The notes below the pieces were generated by a model. It was not told the DNA's origin. It worked only from the letters and a program-made list of their open reading frames with translations, and did not search any database. Positions 18,544 through 28,697 of a stretch of DNA of 64,000 nt are shown in pieces. Numbering within the stretch: the first letter of the stretch is position 1; each line of letters starts with the position of its first letter. This DNA is from Candidatus Daviesbacteria bacterium. GTDB lineage: Bacteria; Patescibacteriota; Microgenomatia; Daviesbacterales; UBA10151. The translations under genes and the position numbers were made by a program. Location: contig JAUYKM010000011.1 of assembly GCA_030699125.1 (NCBI GenBank), positions 36,937 to 100,936 of the forward strand. The letters run 5' to 3'.

Positions 18544-19344
18544 GTGCACATGAGCGGGCATTCCAAGTGGTCAACTATTAAGAGGGCTAAAGGTGTGGCA
18601 GATATCAAGCGCGGCCAGACCTTTACCAAGGTAGCCAATGCTATCACCATTGCTGCCAAACTGGGTGGATCAGGGGATCCGGAAGCCAACCCCCGTTTAA
18701 GAATGATTATGGATACAGCCCGCGCTGTCAATATGCCCAAGGAAAATATTCAGAGGGCCATAGATAGGGGATTGGGTAAGCTGCCTGGTCAGACTTTGGA
18801 AGAAGTTCTGTATGAAGGTTTTGGTCCAGGTAGTGTAGCCTTTATAGTAGAAGGCGTTACAGATAATAAGTTAAGAACTTTGCAAGAGGTAAAAAATATT
18901 TTCGAAAAAAATGGAGGGTCATTGGCAGGGCAGGGTAGTGTCTTGTATATGTTTGAGAGATGTGGGGAATTAAGGGTAAAGGGGAAAGGGCTCGCTTCGC
19001 GAAGCGAGGGAAGTATGGAAGATGAGATGTTAGAACTTATTGATTTGGGGTCAAAAGATGTAGAGTCCTTCGACTTCGCTCAGGATTTCGCTGACGCTCA
19101 AGAAAAACAAGGATATTTAGTATATGTAGAAGGCTCAGAATTAAATACTATGGGTACAAAAATTACTCAAGCAGGATTTGGGGTAGAGAGTCAGGAATTG
19201 GTCTATAAACCGCTTAATATGGTGGAAATTACTGATAAAGAAACAGCTGAAAAAGTATTGGATTTTGCAGGGAAGTTGGAAGAGTTAGATGATGTGCAAA
19301 AAGTATATGCTAATTTTGATATTCCGGAGGATTTGGTGCAATGA
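18544..19344 (+). CDS. yebC: YebC/PmpR-family transcriptional regulator
   Basis: MSGHSKWSTIKRAKG...; full length. Probable start at 18550. Contains an 18-bp perfect GC palindrome in frame. Confidence 0.85.
   Translation: MHMSGHSKWSTIKRAKGVADIKRGQTFTKVANAITIAAKLGGSGDPEANPRLRMIMDTARAVNMPKENIQRAIDRGLGKLPGQTLEEVLYEGFGPGSVAFIVEGVTDNKLRTLQEVKNIFEKNGGSLAGQGSVLYMFERCGELRVKGKGLASRSEGSMEDEMLELIDLGSKDVESFDFAQDFADAQEKQGYLVYVEGSELNTMGTKITQAGFGVESQELVYKPLNMVEITDKETAEKVLDFAGKLEELDDVQKVYANFDIPEDLVQ
18991..19008. repeat. Perfect palindrome CTCGCTTCGCGAAGCGAG (family-B-related) in frame within yebC
   Basis: Encodes GLASRSEG. The CTTCGC motif is shared with the other GC-rich elements. Confidence 0.55.
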
Positions 19345-19874
19345 TAATCCTTGGCATTGATCCTGGAACAGCTACCACCGGATACGGGGTAATTAAAATA
19401 CCCGATGATATTTTGGGTAGGGAATTCAAATATGATATTGAGCTGATTACTTATGGAAATATCCATACTCCTAAGGAGAAGTTGATGGAACATAGGTTGC
19501 ATATGATTCATTCCGAGCTTAGCAAAATTATCAGGGAATATAAACCTGATCAGATGGTGTCTGAGATGTTATTTTTTGGAGCAAATACCAGAACTGCTAT
19601 CATGGTAGGACAGGCCAGGGGAGTGATCATGCTCGCGGCAGCTCAGCACAAAATCCCTATTCAAGATTATACAGGTTTGCAGGTAAAATTAATGGTGGCA
19701 GGTTCCGGCAGAGCAGATAAGGATCAGGTGCATGAGGGGGTGAGGAAGTTTTTAGGGACCAGTGGGAGGAAAAGAAGAAGATTAACAGTCAACTGGAAGG
19801 GAGGGCATCTGGATGATGCCACCGATGCCTTGGCTATTGCCATTTGTCATGTACTGAAGTTGGTGGCAAAATAA
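19341..19874 (+). CDS. ruvC: Holliday junction resolvase RuvC
   Basis: MIILGIDPGTATTGYGVI N-terminus with RuvC catalytic Asp. Confidence 0.85.
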   Translation: MIILGIDPGTATTGYGVIKIPDDILGREFKYDIELITYGNIHTPKEKLMEHRLHMIHSELSKIIREYKPDQMVSEMLFFGANTRTAIMVGQARGVIMLAAAQHKIPIQDYTGLQVKLMVAGSGRADKDQVHEGVRKFLGTSGRKRRRLTVNWKGGHLDDATDALAIAICHVLKLVAK

Positions 19875-19875
19875 G

Positions 19876-20658
19876 ATGAATTTAAATATCAGCAAACGCC
19901 AAAAGATAGTAGTAAGCTCAATTCTAATAACTATAGGGCTATTATCAACTCAGTTGGTGAACTTCAATCTTCGTTTTCACTTTATTGCGGGCTTAGGGAT
20001 ATTGGCATATGCTCTTTCGCTTTGGGCTCTTTGGGAAGGTATAAATCTTACTAAAGCAATAATCCTTATGATTCTACCCACTTTTTTTGCAGTGGCTGTG
20101 GCCAGTTTCTATTTTCTTTTACCCGTCAGATGGTTAACTAGGCTGCCTGTGGCACTCTTTTTTGGACTGCTATTTTATTTGCTTTTGCTATCTCAAAACG
20201 TATTTAATGTGGCTGCCATCAGAACAATTCCGCTATATAGAGCAGCCTCAACAGCTGCTTTTCTTTTTACTTTGCTGTCAGCCTTCTTTATATATAACGT
20301 AATTTATGCTTTTAATTTACTGTTTATCTGGAATGGTATCTTAGTAGGACTTATTAGCTTTCCGCTTATTTTACAGGTAATTTGGTCTATCAGGATGGAG
20401 GATAATTTAAATTTGGGGGTGGTTCTGCAAAGCTTCATTTTGAGTCTGATGCTGGGGGAGCTAGCTTATGTCTTTTCTTTCTGGCCTATGCCTACCACCA
20501 TCTGGTCCTTGGCTCTTTCTTCTAGCATGTACATAATTTTAGGTTTAACTACGCAGGTTTTAAGGGGTAGGGAAAGCAAAAGGGTAGTGTGGGAGTATTT
20601 GGGAATAGGGGCAGCAGTTTTGGTAATCAGTTTCCTGGCTACCTCTTGGACAGGATAG
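19876..20658 (+). CDS. Hypothetical polytopic membrane protein
   Basis: 260 aa, ~7 hydrophobic helices. Confidence 0.4.
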   Translation: MNLNISKRQKIVVSSILITIGLLSTQLVNFNLRFHFIAGLGILAYALSLWALWEGINLTKAIILMILPTFFAVAVASFYFLLPVRWLTRLPVALFFGLLFYLLLLSQNVFNVAAIRTIPLYRAASTAAFLFTLLSAFFIYNVIYAFNLLFIWNGILVGLISFPLILQVIWSIRMEDNLNLGVVLQSFILSLMLGELAYVFSFWPMPTTIWSLALSSSMYIILGLTTQVLRGRESKRVVWEYLGIGAAVLVISFLATSWTG

Positions 20659-20699
20659 GGACACAATTTTCAATTTACAATTTTCATTGTTAGAAATAA

Positions 20700-21525
20700 G
20701 CTAAAGTAGGGAAGAGAGTAGTTTACACTGAGGAGCAATTGCAACGGAAAGTGTGAAAACTATAAGGAATTTTCGTGAAAAGAGATAATGATGTAGAATG
20801 ATACAGTAGACAGGCACGAATGTGGAATACTATGGGGTCTATATAAGCATAGGGATGTACACCTCCATCACCATCTGTGGATAACTGCTTATCTGCGTGA
20901 AAAATACCCGAAGCTCTATGGAGGAGGGTATTCACTTCTCGGGTCTTGCTTATATCGGATGAAAGCTGATTAGATAGGATACATTAAGTTAAATATTGTT
21001 GAGCTTTCTGGACTTCACTACTCTCGGACGATTTACTAAACTTCCCTGCATTTTAATGTCGGACAATATGGGGGTGAATAATTTGGCCGGAGGAGACCCA
21101 AACCTGATAAAGTTAATTTAAATAAACAAAAAAGGAACATTTTATCTAAAATTTAGTGGTGCATATTTTGGGAGGTTCCCGATCAATTTTTTTCAAGTTA
21201 TAGATTCATTTCTTATTAATTTTGTTTTCATTAGATTGGGTCTCTATAACAATCTAAACATAGGATAACTCAGTATACCTCTTATCCCCCAATCAGCCGT
21301 TTTTGGGGCGTTTACGGGGCTTGTGCCTGGATAGGCTCAATAAGGGAGATAAAGGGGTTGGACGAGAAGCGTTAATGGTTTCACTCCGTTAGGATCTACC
21401 CGTTGGTAATAAGCTAACGTTACTTCAGCCCTAAAATATTATAACTCTTTGAGCTCATTTATGTACTTGACAGCCAGTTTTAAGCCTGGTATTATTCTTG
21501 TAATCAGCATTACACGAAGTCACAA
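20700..21525. other. ~800-bp non-coding region with locally elevated GC and predicted stems (possible structured ncRNA or decayed sequence), upstream of a recombinase gene
   Basis: No ORF over 70 aa. Stems such as AATACCC...GGGTATT. No tmRNA/RNase P/tRNA signatures found. Confidence 0.3.
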
Positions 21526-22519
21526 TATGCCTACTCCAACCAATAAAAATTTAAAAAATCAAACACCGCCCTCCTCTTTAAATTTAATAGATGATTTTTA
21601 TTTATTCCTGCAAACCAACAACTATTCCCCTGCTACGATTTATCATTACAAAAATGATTTAGCAATTTTTGATAATTTTTTAAAATCCAGAAATTTAAAA
21701 GTTAATGATTTGGATAAACGGTCTATATTTGAATTTAAGGCTTATTTATCATCAGATAATAGGCAAACTGCAACTACTCACCTTGAGTCTGCTCAAAGGT
21801 TATCCTCAGCAAGTATAAACAGGTGTCTTTCTGCGGTTAGGGCTTATATTCGTTTTTTGATAGATCAGGATTATCAAACACCGGTTTTTCCTGAACAGTT
21901 TAAGATGGTTAAAAGAGAGCGTTCTCACCCGAACGTTGCAGAGTTTAGCGAGTTAGTTTCTCTTATTGAATCTCCATCAACTATTGAACAAGACCCGATA
22001 ATCGCTGCACGCAATAGGGCAATTCTGGAAGTTTTATTTGCAACGGGTATGCGGATATCAGAGCTGGTTTCCTTAAACAGGAGAGATTTAAATGTTGAGG
22101 GGAAAATATTTATAACAGGAAAAGGGCGGAAACAAAGGTTTGTTTATCTGACAGAGCGGGCTCAGTCTTACTTGGATCAATATTTGTTAATTAGGAAGGA
22201 TAACCAGCAGGCTTTATTTGTTCCAACGAAAACAAGAAGTAAAGATAAACTTTCCTCCAGATTAACTCCCAGATATGTTCAGGAGAGACTTAAGACTTAC
22301 AGGGAAAAACTAAGAATAAACCTGCCAACTACACCGCATTCTTTCCGTCATGGTTTTGCAACATATTTAGCAGAAGAAGGAGCCTCCCCTGCTGCAATAC
22401 AAATTTTACTGGGCCATGAAAGTTTGAATACTACTACCAGATATGTAAATGCATCTGATAAGTTTGCTCAGGAATCACACCGTAAGTATCATCCTCTGGC
22501 TGAAAGATCTGGTAAATGA
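21526..22519 (+). CDS. Tyrosine recombinase (XerC/XerD-like integrase) with N-terminal SAM-like core-binding domain
   Basis: C-terminal HSFRHGFATYLAEEG...LLGHESLNTTTRYV (R-H-R-Y catalytic set). Start taken at MPTPTNKNL. Confidence 0.75.
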
Positions 22520-23052
22520 CAAGTGAAGATTTTGTAAGAATTTTCTACAGTAATTTTAGTCCGGGTATAGATTGGGCCAATATTGATGAAATAGCCTGGA
22601 TGTTTGAAGAAGGGTTATTTGGTTTGAATTCTCAGGCTATAGCTACAAATGATCAATTTTTAGAAAGAGTTGATCTAGTTGTTAATCCTAAGTATGGCTT
22701 AATAAAAAATGGTGAGAGTTTTGAGCATATGGCCTTGAAATCCCTCGCCAAAGATTACTTAGTTGAATATTTTGATATAGCTGAAAATAAAATTAAAATG
22801 GAATATCCATTAATAGGATTTGAGGTTGATGTAATAGATGAAGATTTATGCTTTCCAACTGAGTGTGGAGATACAAGTGCCCTTAAGTTAGAAAAGTACC
22901 TTTCTCTTTCAAATACTAAGAAGATGTTGATTCTTCCCTATCCTCATTCTGAAGATATAAAAGTCTTTGAGTTTGTTGCCAATCCCAGATTTTTTGAATA
23001 TATTAATCATAAACATCAATTTTTAAATCAGAAAAATGCTAAGTTACGTTAA
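22516..23052 (+). CDS. Hypothetical protein translationally coupled to the recombinase; possible PD-(D/E)xK-like nuclease fold
   Basis: ATGA overlap with the integrase. IGFEVDVIDED...ECGDT acidic motif (weak). Confidence 0.3.
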   Translation: MTSEDFVRIFYSNFSPGIDWANIDEIAWMFEEGLFGLNSQAIATNDQFLERVDLVVNPKYGLIKNGESFEHMALKSLAKDYLVEYFDIAENKIKMEYPLIGFEVDVIDEDLCFPTECGDTSALKLEKYLSLSNTKKMLILPYPHSEDIKVFEFVANPRFFEYINHKHQFLNQKNAKLR

Positions 23053-23099
23053 ATCTAATATCTTCTGATTGTCGGACAATACTGTAGAGCTTCGGAGTC

Positions 23100-23786
23100 T
23101 TACTTTTTAACAATTTTTATTCCCAGTCTGGGTATTGGTCCGTTTCTGGTTTGTTCTAAAGATGTAAATAATTGGAAGTTCTGGATCCCTATCTCCCCCA
23201 CCAACCCACTTATTCTATTTTTGCTTATATTAAATCTTTCATTTGGATCCTCTATTAATGCTTCTATATATAAATCCAATGGATAAATATTTATCTGAGA
23301 GTCTGGGCGGGTAATTCTAAGGAGTTCTCCAAGATAATTTTTTAATTCTTTAGGATCATTGGGAAAATACATAAATGCTCCGTGGTTATCAAATATGTAA
23401 TCAAAGCTATCATTTTTAAACGGTAAATCAGGAGCCATAGCAGCAATTACTTGGCTTGATTTTTTCAATCTGCGTTCAGTTTTTTCCCCTCTTGTAATGG
23501 GTCTAATTTTTCCTGTTTCGTCTTGTATTTCATAATCTGCAATAAATAAGGATGGATCTATACTAACTACATCAAGATCAGGTCTCATGTTTCTCAATTT
23601 CTTAGCAAAGGCTTGATAAGTGCCGCTTCCTACATCTAAAATACGAGCATTTTGTTTAAAATCCCCCGGAGTAAAAGAAAAAATTTCCTGGTATTCTTGA
23701 AGATTGCGCTCAGTGGATCTAAAATAACCAACTTTTTCCTTTGGGGTTTCCCCTACTTTAACTGGTGTTTCTTTTACTTCATCCAT
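23100..23786 (-). CDS. Class I SAM-dependent methyltransferase
   Basis: Motif I ILDVGSGTY and acidic motif II. No DPPY/NPPY, so not obviously a DNA methyltransferase. Confidence 0.65.
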   Translation of the reverse strand: MDEVKETPVKVGETPKEKVGYFRSTERNLQEYQEIFSFTPGDFKQNARILDVGSGTYQAFAKKLRNMRPDLDVVSIDPSLFIADYEIQDETGKIRPITRGEKTERRLKKSSQVIAAMAPDLPFKNDSFDYIFDNHGAFMYFPNDPKELKNYLGELLRITRPDSQINIYPLDLYIEALIEDPNERFNISKNRISGLVGEIGIQNFQLFTSLEQTRNGPIPRLGIKIVKK

Positions 23787-23921
23787 TTTGAAATCTTCCT
23801 TCTAATAAAGGCAGATATTGTTTAATATATCATACAGTCTATCACTAGTCGCACAATATTTCCTCCCTGCTTGACAAACCTAGCCAAATTCCTCTATTGT
23901 GAAAATAGTGACGATTTATTG

Positions 23922-24191
23922 ATGAACGATAATCTCTTTTCTAAGAAAAACCTTATCACTTACCTACTCCTGGCTATCTTGGCTGTGGCTATCCCCTTAG
24001 GAATACAGATGGTCCAACAGCAAATTGAGCTTAGAACCAAAGCCACCGGAGAGGAGATTAAGTTTTCCGGAACGGGGGTCAGCTGTGACCCTTCTATTCC
24101 TGCCAGCGGGGTTCAATGTACCACAACCAATCCGACTATCACTGTGGAGTTAACTTCCCCATTTGGAGGGCCACTGATACAGGAAAATTAA
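23922..24191 (+). CDS. Small N-terminally anchored protein sharing the N-terminal motif of the downstream giant protein
   Basis: TM helix then QQQIELRTKATGEE (cf. QQQQDIRSKAAGPT in the next gene). Confidence 0.35.
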   Translation: MNDNLFSKKNLITYLLLAILAVAIPLGIQMVQQQIELRTKATGEEIKFSGTGVSCDPSIPASGVQCTTTNPTITVELTSPFGGPLIQEN

Positions 24192-24192
24192 T

Positions 24193-27100
24193 ATGGGAAA
24201 TTTATTAAATATGATTAATATTAAAACCGTGGTGGCAGTACTGGTGGTGGCAATCCTTGTTGCCGCCATCCCGGTAACTACCAGATTAACCCAGCAGCAG
24301 CAGGATATCAGATCAAAAGCGGCTGGTCCTACCATAGCCACTTCCCCCACAACATTAACTAATACCGGTTCAGGATATCCAGTAATGAGTATTTTTGTAA
24401 CTGCTGATCCAGGGGTTTCCTGGAAGGTATATTACTGTACTGTTGCAGGTACCAGCTGTCCAAATGCTTGGTTTGCAATACCTAACGGATCAGGTTCAGG
24501 AAATGCTCAATCGTTAACTTATCAATTTCCATCCAATGAAACTGGAACTCACATTCTGGCTCTTTTTGATGGGAATAGTGTCACACAACTTGCCTCAACA
24601 ACTATCACCTTTCAAACTTCAGGTGGTGGTGGAGAAGTTGCCTTGACAGGATCCATTGCCATTTCTCAAAATCCAGTTGTTAAATCCGGAGGGAGTTACC
24701 CAAATGTAAAAGTATCCATTAATAATGCCAATACCAATTGGGTTGTCTATTACAATAACAATAATGGGGCAAATTGCGGAGGTACTTGCAGCGCAACCGG
24801 AAGTTGGACACCATTTAAGGATATATCAGGAGTTTCCGGAAATACGAGCGGTTCAGCAGGTTCATATTCCTTTAACTGGACTCCTCCTTCTTATATAACA
24901 GGTACACATACCATTGCCCTGTTTGATAAAAACGTTTCAGGAATTGCCAGTAAAGTGGATGTTACTTTTCAGGACGGTGGCGGAGGTAGTTCAGGAGGAG
25001 TTTGTATCGGCCAAATTGGCTTAAATACAACTACAACTGCATGTGGATTTACTGCTAGCTGGAATTTAGAAGCAAAATATGGGGCCAACACTTGTAACGT
25101 TTTTATTAGAGATAAGGATGGAGATCATAGAATTAGTTTAAATAATGAATGTTCTGGGGAGAGATTCTTATGGACTGATGATACTGGTAGTATAAAAGGC
25201 ATAAATATAGTGAATGGTCAGAGTTATGAACTATTTGTTAGTAATGGTGATCCCAATGGGGGTTGTTATAACCAGAGTAAAGGTAAAATAACTCTTAATT
25301 GTCCTGGTACTGGTGGTACAGGAGGTAGTCGTCCTATAGAGGATGTGCCCTCAACTTGTAAAACTTCTCAAACTTGTACAGCTTCCGGTAAGGATACTAC
25401 CTGTCCGGCAGGATCTCAATGGTGTTATGACGGATTCTGCATTAATGAATATTATGACCCTGAAACTAAAACTTGTAAGGCTCCTGTCAGCGATACAACT
25501 TGTATTTCCCCGGGTCCTGTCACAAACTTAAGGCCGGTTGACGGAACTGAGTATCCGGCAGGCAAGAGAACTGTGACTTTACAATGGGATGCTCCTTCAG
25601 GCGGTGGTCCCCTGTCTCACTATAATGTTAGATTGGATGATCCGACCACAACAGGGACTGGTAAAGAGCCGGATGTAGTAGCTGATAATTATTCAAGCAC
25701 CTCTTTGCAAATTCCTGATCTGGATAATCCCACTCTTTATTCTTGGTGGGTAGATGCAGTTTCTTCTTGCGGAGCTCTACCGTCCAGAGCCGGTGCCAGT
25801 TTCACTATCTTGGGGGGAAGTGCCAACGTCAATTACATAATTGAAGGAGATGTGTTAAATGAGACCAGTAATCCGGTGGGAGGAGCCACCGTCTGTCTGG
25901 ATCCACCTGCAGGCGATACTACATGTTCCAGCGCAGGTCTTCTTAAAAGTACCACCAGCTCAACTGATCAGTCAGAATTAATGGCCGGAAAATATCATAT
26001 TGAAAACGTGCCTCCGGCTGAATCAGGACATAATGTATTTATCTTCCCTCCTCAAGGATATATAGTTACTTCTGAAAATCCGGTGTTAGTTAATCAAGGA
26101 GGGATTAGTCAATCTAAATATGTTGGTTTTAATCTGCAGAGTCCTGCAGGTACAACTTGTGAGCAGGTTGTCACCAGGGCCAGGAATACCGCTACCAATG
26201 AATGTAAAGACTTCCCCACCACCTGTTTGGATGCTGGTTGGGAGGCTGATCCAAGTTGCACCGCCACTACTGGTCAGGGTACTACCTGCTACCTTATCAC
26301 CGATGAGCTCTTGGAAAAGGAAAGATGGGATGAGGAGGGATTTGCAGATTGTGACGACTCCAAAGCTATTCCTTATGACGAGCATCCGGAAGAATTCTCC
26401 TTTGCCTTTACAGATCAGACAGCAGGACTAAAGACCATTTATACTAAATTTATTGCCACAGATGGATCATCACAAAATTTCCAGAAAGCAATTCTCTTTA
26501 AACCAGGATCAGCTCTAACCAATATTACCTGTTCTTATGCTCCGGAAGGGACAGCCACCAATATTACTGTTACAGGTACTAATTTGGGCTCGCATACCCA
26601 GCTAGGTTCTGGCGGAATTACCGTGGGCGGCAAGAAAACTCAAGTGACTTGGACTGAGGGCCAGACTGAAATTAGTATCCAGGTGCCGGAAAGGCTGCAA
26701 TCTGAAATCCCCATTCTTTTCCAGTCGGATGGGGGTACTGTGATTCGTGGCTCTTGTGTAGTAAATTTGGCTACCATGAATTTTACTGCCAATATCCAGT
26801 GTCGTCCCCCTGGCAATTTAGGGGCCCAGGATGTGCAAGTGCAAATTTATGAGAATTTAGCCACTTCATCAGCTACTCCCCGACCGATTATTTCACAGGA
26901 AATAGTTTTGGATAAAGATGGTTTGCCCACCCGTTTCACTCCCCAGCTGGAAACAGGTAAAAGTTATACTATGATTATCAAAGCTCCGGGAACAGTGGCC
27001 AGAAAAGTAAACTTTATAGCCTCAAATGGTACGGTGATTGTGCCAGGGCCTATACTTTTGCCCGTGGGAAATATTGCTCCGGTGGCTTTGGCTGATGATC

Positions 27101-27939
27101 AGGTTAATGCTTTTGATAAATCCGAGCTGATCAGACAATGGACTCTAATATCGGATGTAGTAAGAAGCGGTGATTTTAACCTGGATAAAAGAGTCAATTC
27201 TATTGATTATGCTTGTATGAGACCGAATCTGGATACCTCCTCCCCCACTCATCAGGATGAGGTATATACTTTACAATCCCTTTCGTCAACACCCGTAAAT
27301 TCCAACTCTTCTTCGAGTTTCACAGTTCCTGCCTCCTTTGGCACTGCCGACATCTTTCGGGATGTAATACTTTCTGCATATGGATTTACTGATAATGCCT
27401 CAAAATTTATTAAAGATAACTCAAAAATATCCGTTACTGACCTAAGCGGTTCTTGTGCTGGAGGAGGAGGCTGGCAGCCCCAATCTCAGACTGTAACATT
27501 AAATTGCGCCCAACATGAAGCGGCAGTGCATGAATTGGCACACGTTTGGTGGCATACATTTAGATTACAGAATCCGGAGATGGCCAAAGGTTTGGCCCGT
27601 GATTTAGTCAGACTGGCAAATGGGGATGGGTCGGCCACAGCAGTGGCCTTTGCCAAAACTTACGTCCAGGGAGATGGAGGAAGTTTTGAGGGTATGTACT
27701 GTACAGATAACGGTTGCGCTGATGTTCAAAACATTAAGGATAGCGATTTTGATTTGACTGAGGCAGCATCGAATGCCAAAATTATTGATTGGGAGATCTT
27801 TGCCGGACTTTCCAGTTGGACAATGGGCCAATTTAAGAGTGGTACCAGAGCGCTTCCTTCCTATCTTTGGAAGTATTTCGAACCGATGTTTACAGGGGTT
27901 ATACAAGTAACCCCATATTATTCTGGAGGATATCGATAA
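24193..27939 (+). CDS. Giant (1248 aa) Cys-rich surface protein: N-terminal TM anchor, Gly/Thr/Ser-rich beta-rich repeats, FN3-like segment, dockerin-like Ca-binding repeat, C-terminal HExxH (zincin-like) domain
   Basis: SGDFNLDKRVNSIDYACMR (dockerin-like), AAVHELAHVWWH (HExxH), many Cys pairs, and TVTLQWDAPSGGGPL (FN3-like). Confidence 0.55.
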   Translation: MGNLLNMINIKTVVAVLVVAILVAAIPVTTRLTQQQQDIRSKAAGPTIATSPTTLTNTGSGYPVMSIFVTADPGVSWKVYYCTVAGTSCPNAWFAIPNGSGSGNAQSLTYQFPSNETGTHILALFDGNSVTQLASTTITFQTSGGGGEVALTGSIAISQNPVVKSGGSYPNVKVSINNANTNWVVYYNNNNGANCGGTCSATGSWTPFKDISGVSGNTSGSAGSYSFNWTPPSYITGTHTIALFDKNVSGIASKVDVTFQDGGGGSSGGVCIGQIGLNTTTTACGFTASWNLEAKYGANTCNVFIRDKDGDHRISLNNECSGERFLWTDDTGSIKGINIVNGQSYELFVSNGDPNGGCYNQSKGKITLNCPGTGGTGGSRPIEDVPSTCKTSQTCTASGKDTTCPAGSQWCYDGFCINEYYDPETKTCKAPVSDTTCISPGPVTNLRPVDGTEYPAGKRTVTLQWDAPSGGGPLSHYNVRLDDPTTTGTGKEPDVVADNYSSTSLQIPDLDNPTLYSWWVDAVSSCGALPSRAGASFTILGGSANVNYIIEGDVLNETSNPVGGATVCLDPPAGDTTCSSAGLLKSTTSSTDQSELMAGKYHIENVPPAESGHNVFIFPPQGYIVTSENPVLVNQGGISQSKYVGFNLQSPAGTTCEQVVTRARNTATNECKDFPTTCLDAGWEADPSCTATTGQGTTCYLITDELLEKERWDEEGFADCDDSKAIPYDEHPEEFSFAFTDQTAGLKTIYTKFIATDGSSQNFQKAILFKPGSALTNITCSYAPEGTATNITVTGTNLGSHTQLGSGGITVGGKKTQVTWTEGQTEISIQVPERLQSEIPILFQSDGGTVIRGSCVVNLATMNFTANIQCRPPGNLGAQDVQVQIYENLATSSATPRPIISQEIVLDKDGLPTRFTPQLETGKSYTMIIKAPGTVARKVNFIASNGTVIVPGPILLPVGNIAPVALADDQVNAFDKSELIRQWTLISDVVRSGDFNLDKRVNSIDYACMRPNLDTSSPTHQDEVYTLQSLSSTPVNSNSSSSFTVPASFGTADIFRDVILSAYGFTDNASKFIKDNSKISVTDLSGSCAGGGGWQPQSQTVTLNCAQHEAAVHELAHVWWHTFRLQNPEMAKGLARDLVRLANGDGSATAVAFAKTYVQGDGGSFEGMYCTDNGCADVQNIKDSDFDLTEAASNAKIIDWEIFAGLSSWTMGQFKSGTRALPSYLWKYFEPMFTGVIQVTPYYSGGYR

Positions 27940-28058
27940 TACTTGTAAAAGGTAAAAAAATGTCATAGGCTAAATATATATGATTAACCTAAAATATTAT
28001 AATGTAATTTACTATTTAAGGAAGGTTAACCATATAATTTTTCGTATAACTCAAAATT

Positions 28059-28697
28059 ATGGAAAATAATCCGCAAGTAATGCAAAGTGAGAATCAGACT
28101 TCCAGAAATGGAGGTTTTAAGAAGCTCTTAACCAGAAGGAATATTTTTCTTCTGCTGGGGCTGATTGTGATAGCGGAGGTAATCTGGGCCTTCTGGGCTT
28201 TGGTCCTCTCCCCTTCTCAAGGCTTAATTATCCCGCAATTTGGAGCGCCAAAGCCTCAAGCAACTTCAGTTTCCCTACTATCCCCCACTCAAAGCTTAAA
28301 AGTGGGAGATATTGTGACAGTCACAGCTAAAATTGAATCTGATAAGTTTACTGATGGCGCAGATTTAGTCATTATTTACAATCCCCAAGCTTTGGAGGTG
28401 CAGACAACTTCCGGTGATAAACCATTAGCTGCCGGATTACTTTATGATGACTATCCTTTTAATAACGAGGAGGAGCCGGGAAGAATTACTGTTTCTGGAA
28501 TCACCACCCGGGCAAATGGTACTTTAGCTAGCGGCATTTTTGGTACTGTTACCTTTAGAGCTTTGTCTGAGGGAGAGGCTAAGGTTTCCCTACTATTTAA
28601 TGTGGGTGATACCACTGACTCTAATGTGATTGAAACAGGCACAGGTAATGATGTGTTGGATGAGGTAAATAATTTAGAGCTAAAAATACTGCCATGA
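28059..28697 (+). CDS. Secreted/membrane-anchored cohesin-like beta-sandwich domain protein (paralog 1)
   Basis: N-terminal TM. GDIVTVTAKIESD...GRITVSGIT...GTVTFRAL is shared with the next gene and resembles cohesin/CARDB-type folds. Confidence 0.4.
   Translation: MENNPQVMQSENQTSRNGGFKKLLTRRNIFLLLGLIVIAEVIWAFWALVLSPSQGLIIPQFGAPKPQATSVSLLSPTQSLKVGDIVTVTAKIESDKFTDGADLVIIYNPQALEVQTTSGDKPLAAGLLYDDYPFNNEEEPGRITVSGITTRANGTLASGIFGTVTFRALSEGEAKVSLLFNVGDTTDSNVIETGTGNDVLDEVNNLELKILP

Noticed and set aside
20700-21525. tmRNA, RNase P RNA, SRP RNA or tRNA in the long non-coding region upstream of the recombinase
   Set aside because: I found no GGAAAGTCCGGGC / ACAGAACCCGGCTTA (RNase P), no GGTTCGAATCC T-arm or ANDENYALAA-type tag ORF (tmRNA), and no tRNA cloverleaf by eye. 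Left as unassigned non-coding DNA.
21058-23074. 12-bp direct repeat TGTCGGACAATA as a statistically significant att site
   Set aside because: Identical 12-mers are expected on the order of 100 times by chance in a 64-kb AT-biased window. Retained only as a weak positional hint, not as evidence by itself.
21449-23100. Integron (intI + attI + cassettes)
   Set aside because: The recombinase is co-directional with, and coupled to, the downstream ORF. No attC-like imperfect inverted repeats were recognised after the ORFs, and there is no extra IntI-specific insertion in the catalytic domain. More like a Xer/phage-type integrase.
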